NCBI GenBank assembly: GCA_031422435.1
Contig: JANPLU010000016.1
Coordinates: forward strand, 30,148 to 94,147
Origin: Acaryochloridaceae cyanobacterium VAR_48_metabat_390
GTDB lineage: Bacteria > Cyanobacteriota > Cyanobacteriia > Thermosynechococcales > Thermosynechococcaceae
DNA length: 64,000 nucleotides
Direction: 5' to 3'
Below the pieces are notes generated by a model. It worked only from the letters and a program-made list of their open reading frames with translations, searched no databases and was not told the DNA's origin. The position numbers were made by a program, and so were the translations under genes. Positions 20,465 through 30,700 of this stretch are shown here, piece by piece. Every line of letters begins with the position of its first letter. Position 1 is the stretch's first letter.

Positions 20465-20605
20465 ATTTAATTGGGAAAGCTATTCTAATAACAACTTATA
20501 ATAATGTCTAGCCTAGCAATAGAAGCCAAGACTTTTAAGTTTAGTTAAGCTCATTCATAAATGAGCCGATGTGCTTTCACCACGTATTTCTATCCATAAA
20601 GGAGA

Positions 20606-21520
20606 TTGCTTAAAATGTTGAATCGGCTTAGGTTAGGTACAAAGCTTAATCTAATATTGCTAGTCGTTTTTCTGATCATTGTTGTTGTTAATGGAATTAT
20701 CTTATCTCAGATTTTGCAAAAAAATGCGGAACAAGAAATTACCTCTAAAGCCGCGCTGCTGATTGAGACAATGGGTTCCGTTAGAGATTATACCAGCACT
20801 CAAATCAATCCAGAGTTAGCGCCTCGACTAGAAACCGAAGATCAGTTTTTGCCGCAGACCGTCCCAGGATACTCAGCGCGGGAGGTCTTTGAAAATCTAC
20901 GAAAGCGTGAGCAGTATAGAGACTTTTTCTATAAAGAAGCGACTCTAAACCCAACCAATCTTAGAGACAAAGCAGATACCTTTGAAAGTGAAATTGTAAA
21001 TCAATTTCGCAATCAATCTACGCTTAAAGAACAGTCTGGTTTTCGTAGTTTGGCAGGTGGGGATATTTTTTATGTCGCTCGACCTATTGCGATCAGCAAT
21101 CAGACCTGCCTACGGTGCCACAGCACTCCTGCCGCTGCGCCCAAGAGCCAGCTTATTTCCTACGGCAGCGACAACGGCTTCGGCTGGAAGCTCAACGAAA
21201 TTGTGGGGGCTAAAATTGTTTCCGTTCCCGCTAGCAAAATTTTGGCTGATGCTCGGCGGCTTCAGCTTTTGGTCATTGGGATTTTGACGGCTGGCTGTGT
21301 CATCGCGATTATTATTCTTAATCTATTCTTGCGAAATTCGATTGTGAAACCCCTCACGGAAATGTCTCAGTGGTCTAAGGAACTAAGTACAGGAAATACT
21401 AGTGATGAATTTAAGCATGTTGCCAAAGATGAAATTGGCATTTTGGCAACGTCGCTAAACCGATTAAAAGTTAGTTTGGAAATGGCGATGAATATGCTGA
21501 ACCCTAATAATCCATCTTGA
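20606..21520 (+). CDS. DUF3365 (Tll0287-like, heme c) sensor domain plus HAMP membrane protein
   Basis: Two TM helices flank a region with YKEATLNPTN.RD.AD.FE and CLRCH (21107-21121); the protein ends after a HAMP domain (KPL..DEIG.LA). Confidence 0.85.
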   Translation: MLKMLNRLRLGTKLNLILLVVFLIIVVVNGIILSQILQKNAEQEITSKAALLIETMGSVRDYTSTQINPELAPRLETEDQFLPQTVPGYSAREVFENLRKREQYRDFFYKEATLNPTNLRDKADTFESEIVNQFRNQSTLKEQSGFRSLAGGDIFYVARPIAISNQTCLRCHSTPAAAPKSQLISYGSDNGFGWKLNEIVGAKIVSVPASKILADARRLQLLVIGILTAGCVIAIIILNLFLRNSIVKPLTEMSQWSKELSTGNTSDEFKHVAKDEIGILATSLNRLKVSLEMAMNMLNPNNPS

Positions 21521-21592
21521 ATCATCTGTAATTGATATCAGTCATAAATTCATATCAGTCATACTAAAACTACCGCCTGCCTTTAATCATAA

Positions 21593-22798
21593 ATGAGTCT
21601 TTGTATCAACCCTATTTGCCCTCGCCCTCAAAACCCTGATGATCGGCTGTTTTGTCAGAGCTGTGGGTCAGAGCTGCTGTTAGAGGGGCGCTATAGTGTC
21701 GTGTCAATGTTGGGCGAAGGTGGTTGTGGAAAGACTTATGAGGTAGGCGATCGCGATGGCATCACCAAAGTACTGAAGGTACTGAGTAAAAATGAGCCAA
21801 AGTACATCGAATTATTCCATCGAGAGGCGAAGGTTTTAAGCCAGCTCAATCATCCTGGGATTCCTGCCGTTGAGCCGAATGCCTACTTCGCCTATCTGCC
21901 AAAGGATTCGACCACGCCTTTGTATTGCCTTGTGATGGAGAAAATTACGGGGCTAGATTTACAAAAATATCTTCAGCAGCGCGGCAGCCCCATTGGTCAG
22001 GGCTTGGCTGTTCAGTGGCTGATTCAGCTTGCAACCATTTTGAAGGCCGTTCATGCTCAGCAATTTTTGCATCGAGATATTAAGCCATCTAACATCATGC
22101 TGAAGTCTGTGGGGCACCTAGTCTTGATTGACTTTGGAACCGTTCGCACGATTACAAGAATCTCTTCAGTCGGGGAACCTTCTACACAGGCGACTCGTAT
22201 TATGTCTGCTCTCTACACCCCAATGGAGCAAATGAAGGGTAAGCCTGTCCCCCAGTCTGATTTCTTTGCGTTAGGCAGAACCTTTGTTTTTTTATTGACG
22301 GGGCAAGATTTAAGTGATTTGTACGATCCTGAAGCGGATGTGGTGGAATGGCGCAACCACGTCCCTAATCTGTCCGAAAAGTTGGCAGATTTTATCGATC
22401 AGCTCATGGCTCCTCTGGTCTCTCAGCGTCCGGCCAATGCAGATATGGCTTTAAAGCAGCTGTTTGAGATTCAGCGAGAATTTGTGGCTGCACCAGAAGT
22501 GCTGACCTCAACTCAAATCAAAGACGCACCTACGCAATTAGCCCCCCACCGTCAGGGTCTAGCCCCAGATTTAATCGATCATGCTAAACCTGCTCTGCCT
22601 TCCCAAGTGAGTTTAGCGATGATTGAGCGCTGCAAGCAAGAGCTAGCCGAGCTTATTGGTCCCATCGCCGCCATTGTGTGTCAACGGACGTTGGCTCAAA
22701 AACCTCAACTTTCAGAGCGTGAGTTTGTGGAGGCAATCGCCCAGCAAATTCCTAAGCCCGAAGATGCCAACGCCTTTCGTCAACGATTGCGGGTCTAA
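21593..22798 (+). CDS. Soluble Hanks-type Ser/Thr protein kinase with N-terminal 4-Cys motif
   Basis: CINP.C...FCQSCG prefix; GEGGCG, HRDIKPSN, DFG; no TM segment; small C-terminal helical domain containing LIGPIA. Confidence 0.9.
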   Translation: MSLCINPICPRPQNPDDRLFCQSCGSELLLEGRYSVVSMLGEGGCGKTYEVGDRDGITKVLKVLSKNEPKYIELFHREAKVLSQLNHPGIPAVEPNAYFAYLPKDSTTPLYCLVMEKITGLDLQKYLQQRGSPIGQGLAVQWLIQLATILKAVHAQQFLHRDIKPSNIMLKSVGHLVLIDFGTVRTITRISSVGEPSTQATRIMSALYTPMEQMKGKPVPQSDFFALGRTFVFLLTGQDLSDLYDPEADVVEWRNHVPNLSEKLADFIDQLMAPLVSQRPANADMALKQLFEIQREFVAAPEVLTSTQIKDAPTQLAPHRQGLAPDLIDHAKPALPSQVSLAMIERCKQELAELIGPIAAIVCQRTLAQKPQLSEREFVEAIAQQIPKPEDANAFRQRLRV

Positions 22799-22879
22799 AG
22801 TGATCACCCCCACCTCTTAGCCTAATCTTTTAGAACCCACCCTCTACAATAGAGCTTAAGAGCGTTCTGGGCAGATTCT

Positions 22880-23278
22880 ATGACTTTTACACCTTCTATC
22901 GCAACGGCTGAAACAGTCGTACTTAAACCGAGCTATCGACTGCCGATTGGACTGGCGATCGCCTCCACCCCCCTCATCTTCCTATCCATCTGGGCTTTTA
23001 TACCCGTCTTCTTATTTGCCATCTTTTTGAGTGTACAGGCCGCTACCCTACGACTGCATTTTACTAACACCGCCCTAGAAATCTATCGCGGTCAAACCCA
23101 AATCCGCATCTTTCCCTATGCAGACTGGTATCATTGGGAGATTTATTGGCCTGTACTGCCTATTTTGTTTTACTTCCGTGAAGTTAACAGCATCCACTTT
23201 TTGCCCGTGCTGTTTGACCCAGCCGCTTTAGCACAATGCTTGGGCGATCGCTGCCCTCGTAAAGTAGAGCAAAACTAG
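22880..23278 (+). CDS. DUF3119 family protein (PAM68-neighbour type membrane protein)
   Basis: LKPSY..P and FYFREVNSIHFLPVLFDP motifs; the parenthetical descriptor is not verified. Confidence 0.75.
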   Translation: MTFTPSIATAETVVLKPSYRLPIGLAIASTPLIFLSIWAFIPVFLFAIFLSVQAATLRLHFTNTALEIYRGQTQIRIFPYADWYHWEIYWPVLPILFYFREVNSIHFLPVLFDPAALAQCLGDRCPRKVEQN

Positions 23279-23331
23279 CCGTGTACTAGCCGCCGTCCCT
23301 CAATTGAACACTGCCAGACCCTAAACCCTTC

Positions 23332-24354
23332 ATGGAATCGTCCAGTTTACCGCCCTTGCCCCCCGAACCCGAAGCCCTCCGGCAGGAGATTATGCAGCTC
23401 AAGCTGGAAAAAGGCCAGCTTCTAGAGCAGCAGCTTCAGCAAACCCAGACCAAAATTAACCAGCTCTACCAAGAAGACATTCAGCAGCTTGAAGAGCGCA
23501 AGAAAACGCTACAAACTTCAGTCGAGCAGCTAGAGCGCCGTCAAGAACGTATCCAAACCGAAATGCGCTCTACCTTTGCGGGAGCCTCCCAAGAGCTTGC
23601 CATTCGTGTTCAGGGTTTCAAAGAATATTTAGTAACCAGCCTTCAGGATGTCGCCCTTGCCGCCGAACAGCTTGAGCTAATTCCCCAAGCCGCAGCGTCT
23701 GCCTCCACGAAGGTAAGCCCCGAGCCGAAGTTAACGCCCAAGCAAGTTCTAGAGCCAAGCCCAGCAGCACGTACTACCGCTGCCCAACCTCAGTTTGCCA
23801 CCCAAAGTTTTCAAGAAGAAACCCGAGCAATTCGACGACTCCTCGAGCAGTACCGCACCACGCCTAACTACTACGGACCTTCCTGGCAGCTGCGCCGTAC
23901 CTTTGAGCCAGTTCATGCTGATCGCGTCGCAAAATGGTTCTTCAACCTAGGCGGTCGTGGCGCTGTGCGAAGTTTGGGCACAAGGCTACAGAACATTTTG
24001 GTAGCCTCAGCGGTGATTTCAATACTAAATGAGCTGTATGGCGATCGCCTCCATGCCCTAATTCTTGCCAACGCCCCCGAACGCCTTGGTGACTGGCGGC
24101 GCGGACTCCAGGACTGTCTTGGCGTAGAGCGAGCTGACTTTGGTCCTGATCAAGGCATTGCGCTCTTTGAATCGCCTGAGTCGTTGGCGCAAAAAGCAGA
24201 TCGACTTATTAAAGATGATGCTATCCCGCTGATTTTGCTGGATGATTCTGAGGAAACGGTTAGCCTATCGGTACTGCAATTCCCGCTGTGGCTGGCCTTT
24301 GTGCCAGAACCGCAGCTGCGCCGCGAACGTCAGCAAAATGACTGGTTTGAATAA
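23332..24354 (+). CDS. DUF3086 domain protein
   Basis: FAGASQELAIRVQGFKEYL, YYGPSWQLRRTFE and WRRGLQDCLG motifs; typical partner of DUF3119. Confidence 0.8.
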   Translation: MESSSLPPLPPEPEALRQEIMQLKLEKGQLLEQQLQQTQTKINQLYQEDIQQLEERKKTLQTSVEQLERRQERIQTEMRSTFAGASQELAIRVQGFKEYLVTSLQDVALAAEQLELIPQAAASASTKVSPEPKLTPKQVLEPSPAARTTAAQPQFATQSFQEETRAIRRLLEQYRTTPNYYGPSWQLRRTFEPVHADRVAKWFFNLGGRGAVRSLGTRLQNILVASAVISILNELYGDRLHALILANAPERLGDWRRGLQDCLGVERADFGPDQGIALFESPESLAQKADRLIKDDAIPLILLDDSEETVSLSVLQFPLWLAFVPEPQLRRERQQNDWFE

Positions 24355-24446
24355 CTAAATTTGGAATCCAGCACTTTGTTTCACGTGCTGTTGCTCTACC
24401 TCGGCGAGAATGTGCTGCTGAGTCCATTCCTGATTTATCGCTGTGA

Positions 24447-24483
24447 AAAAGATGGGCGATCGCCGTATTTTCGCCCATCTTTT
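24447..24483 (+). terminator. Probable terminator hairpin upstream of acs
   Basis: AAAAGATGGGCGA-N11-TCGCCCATCTTTT. Confidence 0.6.
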
Positions 24484-24626
24484 GGTTCTGACACATTGGT
24501 TTTGATCGGGGATTGTTCTGCTGAAGGCGATCGCCTCTGCAAATGGCAAAGCTTAACGAATTTATCGGTGATTTTGTGCGACCTTAATGAAGAGATTTCT
24601 TACCCAACCGTTTCTGATTTAGGGCT

Positions 24627-26597
24627 ATGTCAAACCCCACTATTGAATCCATCCTTAACGAAAAGCGTCTGTTTGCGCCCCCTGCTGAGCTATCTGCCCA
24701 AGCAGAAATTAAAAGCTTTGCTGAGTACGAAGCGCTTTACGCTAAGGCAAAAGCTGACCCCGCTGCATTTTGGTCAGAGTTGGCAGCCCAAGAGCTGCAC
24801 TGGTTTCAAAAGTGGGACACGACTCTCGACTGGCAGCCCCCCTTTGCCAAATGGTTTGTGGGTGGCAAGCTCAATATTTCTTACAACTGCTTAGATCGTC
24901 ACCTCACCACCTGGCGCAAAAACAAAGCGGCGCTGATTTGGGAAGGCGAACCAGGAGACTCCCGCACCCTCACCTACGCACAGCTCCACAGAGAAGTGTG
25001 TCAAATGGCGAATGTGCTGAAGAATTTGGGCGTGCAGAAGGGCGATCGCGTGGGCATTTACATGCCCATGATTCCAGAAGCGGCGATCGCCATGTTAGCC
25101 TGCGCCCGCATTGGGGCAGTGCATGGGGTGGTGTTTGGCGGATTTAGTGCCGAGGCCTTGCGCGATCGCCTGGTAGATTCTGAAGCCAAACTGGTCATTA
25201 CCGCAGACGGCGGGTTCCGTAAAGATAAGGTAGTCGCCCTCAAAATTCAGGTCGATAACGCCCTTGCCAATAACGCCGTCCCCTCGGTCAAAAACGTGCT
25301 GGTGGTTCAGCGCACCAAAGCGGCGATCGCCATGGAAACGGGACGGGATCACTGGTGGCATGAGCTTCAGGCGACTGCCTCCGCCGACTGCCCCGCTGAA
25401 CCGATGGACAGCGAAGATATGCTGTTTATTCTCTACACCAGCGGCAGCACGGGCAAACCGAAAGGGGTCGTCCACACCACGGGCGGTTATAGCCTTTACA
25501 CCCACATGACTACCAAGTGGACGTTTGACCTCAAAGACACCGATGTCTACTGGTGTACCGCAGATGTAGGCTGGATTACAGGCCACAGCTACATCGTTTA
25601 TGGCCCACTCTCGAATGGGGCAACCGCCGTGATGTATGAAGGCGTACCGCGCCCTTCTAACCCAGGCTGCTTTTGGGATGTGATTGAAAAGTACGGCGTC
25701 ACTATTTTCTATACCGCCCCCACCGCTATCCGCACTTTTATCAAAATGGGTGAGCAGCACCCTAACGCCCGCAATCTCTCTTCGCTTCGGATTTTGGGCA
25801 CCGTTGGCGAACCCATCAACCCCGAAGCCTGGATGTGGTACCACACGGTGATTGGCAAAGAGCGCTGCCCTATTGTCGATACCTGGTGGCAAACCGAAAC
25901 GGGGGGCTTTATGATTACCCCTCTTGCCAGCGTCACTCCGACCAAACCTGGCTCGGCTTCACGCCCCTTCCCTGGCATTTTGGCAGACGTGGTAGATCTG
26001 GACGGCAACCCAGCCCCTGATAATGAGGGCGGCTATCTGGTCATTACTCATCCCTGGCCCAGTATGCTGCGGAACGTCTATGGCGATACCGAGCGTTTTC
26101 GTAAAACCTACTGGGAGCATATTGCCCCTAAAGACGGTAAATACCTCTACTTTGCAGGGGATGGTGCCCGTCGGGATGAAGACGGCTATTTTTGGATTAT
26201 GGGTCGAGTGGATGACGTGATTAGCGTCTCTGGGCATCGCTTGGGCACGATGGAAATTGAGTCGGCGCTGGTGTCTCATCCTGCCGTGGCAGAAGCTGCG
26301 GTGGTAGGTCGCCCTGATGATTTAAAAGGGGAAGACATTTTTGCGTTTGTAACCCTAGAGGGAACCCATTCTGCCAGTGATGCGCTTAAGGATGAGCTGA
26401 AAAAACATGTGGTGGGGGAAATTGGGGCGATCGCCCGTCCTGGCGAAATCCGCTTTGCCGACGCGCTACCCAAAACCCGCTCTGGCAAAATTATGCGGCG
26501 TTTACTGCGCACCCTCGCCAGCGGCGCTGAAATCTCAGGTGATACTTCTACGTTAGAAGATCGCTCTGTGTTGGATGCACTGCGAGAAGAGGGATAA
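24627..26597 (+). CDS. acs: Acetate--CoA ligase
   Basis: [20 protein letters not shown] and [11 protein letters not shown] motifs. Confidence 0.97.
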   Translation: MSNPTIESILNEKRLFAPPAELSAQAEIKSFAEYEALYAKAKADPAAFWSELAAQELHWFQKWDTTLDWQPPFAKWFVGGKLNISYNCLDRHLTTWRKNKAALIWEGEPGDSRTLTYAQLHREVCQMANVLKNLGVQKGDRVGIYMPMIPEAAIAMLACARIGAVHGVVFGGFSAEALRDRLVDSEAKLVITADGGFRKDKVVALKIQVDNALANNAVPSVKNVLVVQRTKAAIAMETGRDHWWHELQATASADCPAEPMDSEDMLFILYTSGSTGKPKGVVHTTGGYSLYTHMTTKWTFDLKDTDVYWCTADVGWITGHSYIVYGPLSNGATAVMYEGVPRPSNPGCFWDVIEKYGVTIFYTAPTAIRTFIKMGEQHPNARNLSSLRILGTVGEPINPEAWMWYHTVIGKERCPIVDTWWQTETGGFMITPLASVTPTKPGSASRPFPGILADVVDLDGNPAPDNEGGYLVITHPWPSMLRNVYGDTERFRKTYWEHIAPKDGKYLYFAGDGARRDEDGYFWIMGRVDDVISVSGHRLGTMEIESALVSHPAVAEAAVVGRPDDLKGEDIFAFVTLEGTHSASDALKDELKKHVVGEIGAIARPGEIRFADALPKTRSGKIMRRLLRTLASGAEISGDTSTLEDRSVLDALREEG

Positions 26598-26671
26598 AGC
26601 GATTGCGGTTTCAAAGGTGCTGGTTGTCATGACAGCGGGTGGCCTTGAATTTAGAGGAGAAAGACAGAACG

Positions 26672-27031
26672 CTAGAGCGAAAATCCCAGCACGAGATCAA
26701 GCGCTGTCTTGATCTCTGTCCAGTATTGTTCTTCAAGCTGCCCAACGATTCCCAGAATTCGCTGACCGTCCACAGAGCGCACTTGACCCACATCTATAAA
26801 CCGATCCTGGTCTAAGCCATTCTCTACACTCGCCTTTACATTCACCACATAGGGTGCCTGTTTCTTCCCTGGTCGGAAGGGTAAGACAACTGTTAACTGA
26901 CCGTACTGGTTCATCACATCATTCTGGATGACCAGACAGGAGCGAGTCTTTTGGATTTCTGCGCCTACGGTCGGGTCTAGCGTAACCCAGCGGATATCCC
27001 CGCGCCGATACGTCAATTCACCCTTCGGCAT
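26672..27031 (-). CDS. mazF: PemK/MazF family toxin
   Basis: RGDIRWVTLDPTVGAEIQKTR.CLVIQND and QVRSVD motifs. Confidence 0.88.
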   Translation of the reverse strand: MPKGELTYRRGDIRWVTLDPTVGAEIQKTRSCLVIQNDVMNQYGQLTVVLPFRPGKKQAPYVVNVKASVENGLDQDRFIDVGQVRSVDGQRILGIVGQLEEQYWTEIKTALDLVLGFSL

Positions 27032-27260
27032 CTAGTCCATCCCCAACGACCACATCCCAAGCTGCAATCTCTGCTTGATACTCTGAATCCGCTTGATCCG
27101 CTTGCAGTGCGGCAATCATCTGTTCTCTCAAAACTTTGGTGCGCTGCTCTACTAACAGGCCATTAAGATATTCGCTCCGGTTCGTAGCCTGTGCGTCCAG
27201 AAACGCTATTAATTCTTGATCCAATGAAACTGCGATTTTACTTTTCATTGTAAGACTCAA
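27018..27260 (-). CDS. CopG/RHH-type antitoxin
   Basis: KIAVSLDQELIAFLD...NRSEYLN; acidic C-terminus WDVVVGDGL; overlaps the toxin start. Confidence 0.8.
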   Translation of the reverse strand: MSLTMKSKIAVSLDQELIAFLDAQATNRSEYLNGLLVEQRTKVLREQMIAALQADQADSEYQAEIAAWDVVVGDGLDAEG

Positions 27261-27276
27261 AGGTATGGTAAGTTCT

Positions 27277-27780
27277 TCATACTTTCGAGTATATCAATTT
27301 ATCTAAATCCAGCAAAAAGATGGGCGCAGTTCCATCGAGTTGGATGACGGAAGAACAGACCGATCGCAGAAAAGATGAATCATTGATCACCTCTGATAGC
27401 GGAGAGATCTGACTTTGGGCAACACGCTGCATTTTAGGCTGTGCCTCAATGCTGATGCCAAAAGTATGACCTGCGGCAGACTTAAACAGGATTAAACAGG
27501 ACTTTTGCTTGGGAGTTTCTAACTCCTTCAAATTTAGTGTTGCGGAAACTACCGCCGGAAAAAGCTTTTGTTCTAAATCAATATGCTGAAACTCATCTGA
27601 ATCTTGGGTGATAAGACTCGCCTCTGCGGAAGTCGCATCACTCGCGCTGCAACTGCTGACCCGCTGCAAAACTTGAATGGGCAGCGCAAACCAGTATTGC
27701 CAGATCGCAAAGGTAACGTATTTTTGAGTCGCTTCACTGGCACGGTCAGCAAAGCGTCGAGAGCGAAGAAGAGTTGCCAT
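27277..27780 (-). CDS. CheW-like protein
   Basis: YVTFAI..YWFALPI and IFLLDLDKL motifs; last gene of the taxis cluster. Confidence 0.7.
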   Translation of the reverse strand: MATLLRSRRFADRASEATQKYVTFAIWQYWFALPIQVLQRVSSCSASDATSAEASLITQDSDEFQHIDLEQKLFPAVVSATLNLKELETPKQKSCLILFKSAAGHTFGISIEAQPKMQRVAQSQISPLSEVINDSSFLRSVCSSVIQLDGTAPIFLLDLDKLIYSKV

Positions 27781-27783
27781 GAG

Positions 27784-30700
27784 CTATCGAACAGAAAGAA
27801 CAGGGACAGCGGTTTGAGCCATTAAGCGATTCAGCGTCTGGAGCAGTTCAGACTCACGGAACGGCTTAGAGAAATAGTCTTTTGCACCCAGAGACATCGC
27901 TAACTTACGGTGTTTCTCGCCACTGCGAGAGGTAAGCATTACAACCGGAAGATTCTGTGCGCTAGGGATACTCTTGAGGTTTGCGAGGAATCCGTAGCCG
28001 TCCAATCGCGGCATCTCAATATCGCAAACGACAGCCTGGATGGGTAAGCCCGTCTGCAATAGCTCAAGGGCATGTTGACCATCTTTCGCCTGCTCCACTC
28101 GAAAGCCCGCTTTTTCAAGGGTCAACGCAAGGAAGCGTCGCACGTTGACAGAATCATCCACCACCATGACGAGGGGTTGGGTGGCGATCGCCTCTGTCCC
28201 AACGTGCGTTTCAGACAACTGATGTAGAGATATCTCTGAGGCATCCGTCGAGGCATCACCCTGAGTCGCCATCTGAGCTTCAATCTGCTCAAGGAAACTT
28301 AGCGGATCTAGCAAGGGTACAATGCGACCATCCCCTAAAACCGTACAGCCCGCAAACGCTGAAGGCAGGGGAATTACGCCCTCCACCTGACGAATGGTAA
28401 CTTCTTGCTCTCCCCAGTACCGATCCACCTGAATGCCTACCACTTGGGCCTCTTGCTCAATCAGCAAGACCGCAGGCTGGTTAATTTTGGGCGTTGTTTC
28501 AAGGTCAGACAGAACCACAGGTCGAGGGAAGCGCAGCAAATCCTGCGTCTGCACCAATGGAATTAAAGCATCATCAAGCTGGAGAACGCGCTGTCCATTT
28601 ACTTTTAAGACCTTGTCTGGCTCCAGAAGCAGCATTTCTTCAACTTGGTCAATGGGTACAGCCATCAAAAGACTGCCGCTTTCGACCAGCAGAACGCGGA
28701 TAATTGAGAGTGAGAAAGGCACCGAAATTGTGAAGGTGGTGCCGTGCCCTTCTTGGGTATCGACGCTAATGGAACCCTTTATTTTTTGCAGAGACGTGCG
28801 GACAATATCTATGCCAACGCCCCGACCAGAGAGTTCTGTGACCTGAGATGCCGTGCTAAATCCTGGCTCAAAAATGAGGTCTAAAATTTCAGAAGGTTGA
28901 GCAGATGCCAGCAGGGTATTGTCAATGCCCAACTGCGCAGCCTTAGCTTTAACCTTATCGAGAGAAATACCAGATCCGTCATCTCGCAGCGTAATGAGTG
29001 TTTGGTTGCCGCGATAGGCAGCGCTAATTTCAATCAGACCTTTGGCAGCTTTGCCGTGGGCGATGCGAGTTTGCGGGTCTTCAATGCCGTGGTCAAAGGC
29101 ATTTCGCACTAGGTGAACCAGCGGGTCGGTCAAGGTTTCTAAAATCACTCGATCGATTAACGTTGCACCGCCTGAAATTTTGAGATCAACGGCTTTACCA
29201 TGCTCTAGGTTTAAGTCCCGCAGCATCCGAGCGAAGCGGCTCAGTACGTCAGAGACCGGACGCATCCGCATTTGCGTCATGGCAACCTGGAGCTGTTTGG
29301 TGGTGCGCGTAAAGGCACGGGCGGTTTGCTCAGCTTCATCGAGGTTGAGGTTAATGTCTGTGGTGACTTCCTCAATTTGCACCGCACTCTCCATGAGCGC
29401 TTGAGACAGGGTGTGTAGTTCGCTGTAGCGATCCATTTCTAGCAGGTCAAATCCCTCAGCTTGCCCAGAAAGCCAGCCCTGTCCTGAATTGGACACAGAA
29501 TGGTTGTCCGTCGCAGCCATAGGGACGGACGATGGCGCAAGAGGCTGACTTTTGAACGCGGTTTGAGTGGCGACAGTATCGTAAGTGCTTCTAAGGCTGG
29601 CATTAGATGTTTCTAAAGCGTGAACCCGCTGCGTCAGCAGTGCTGTGAGTTCGCGAAGACGTTTGAGCTGAAGAGCAAGACCATTGCGCTCAATGACTAA
29701 TTCCCCAAAGAGTTCGCCCATTTGATTGAGCTGCTGGGCTGGAACGCGCAGCATAATATCGGGTTCGTCAGTCTCGTCTGGGGTCATTGCGGTGATAGCT
29801 GCCGCCGCAATTTTGGTTCTGATAGATCCCTTAGAAGATTGCGGCAGTAGCCCACTCGCCGCTTCTGGCTCTAATTTTTGTGCAATTGGCTCAAGCTTAA
29901 GCGGGACGGATTGAAGGTCATCGAGAAAATCCCCATCAGCCCCTTCAAAGAGAAGCTCAGCAAACGTTTCTTCTGGAAACGCAGGTTCAATTGCTCCGAC
30001 TTCCTGTTCTTCTAATTCCCATGCCTCCCATTCAAGGGAAGCCGTGATCGCAGCGTCTGTCTCAGTGGTTTCTCTCTCGGTAATCTCTTCTGTCTGAACA
30101 TCAGGATTGCCGACGGTAAGATAGGTTGGAGCGGATGGGTTCATCCCAAACGTTGAGGGAATCAGATCGCGTTGCCCAACCATCACTAAGGCTTGCGCCT
30201 GTCGCCAAGCCTGCTGCGCCTGAACTACAGTATCGAGCAACGCGGTACTCTCTGCCGTTTGGATCTGTGTTGAAATATCTACGCAAAGGTCGCGAAAAAC
30301 CAGGAGATCTAGCATTTCGCCAAGACCCGCTAGCTCCTGGGCAGCGATCGCAAATTCTTCTTGAAAACAAGGCTGATCGGGATGTACCAAGACCTCATCT
30401 AGACGGTTGAGGATTGAATCCACTTCAGACTCAAATAAAAGCACCACCATGTCTGCACCCACTTCCTCAGAGAGCAGCGACGCTGCATCTTCTGCTTGGG
30501 GTTCGCCGAGGCGACTGAGAAGAGACCCAAAGGTAGCCTCAACGGTCTGATTAAGCCAAGCTTCGGATGGATCTATCCCCTCACGGTTATGGTCTGCCAC
30601 CTGTCGCAGGTGATCAACGCCCACCAGCATTAAGCGCTCAACGTCCTCGTCCTTTGCTTCAGAGGGTCTGACCTTAAGCACCTTGAAGAAATCTTCGAGT

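Noticed and set aside
20531..20550. Possible Pho box (CTTAAC-like repeats on the minus strand) upstream of the PhnD-like gene
   Set aside because: Only two imperfect units at 10-bp spacing, not the expected 11-bp-period array.
24361..24894. 177-aa ORF overlapping the acs start
   Set aside because: Different frame overlapping acs, spans a terminator-like hairpin, and has no recognisable motifs; probably spurious.
25095..25892. 265-aa antisense ORF inside acs, and similar shadow ORFs in argH, mreB, cheA, rbfA and dxs
   Set aside because: Antisense shadows of conserved genes caused by codon bias.
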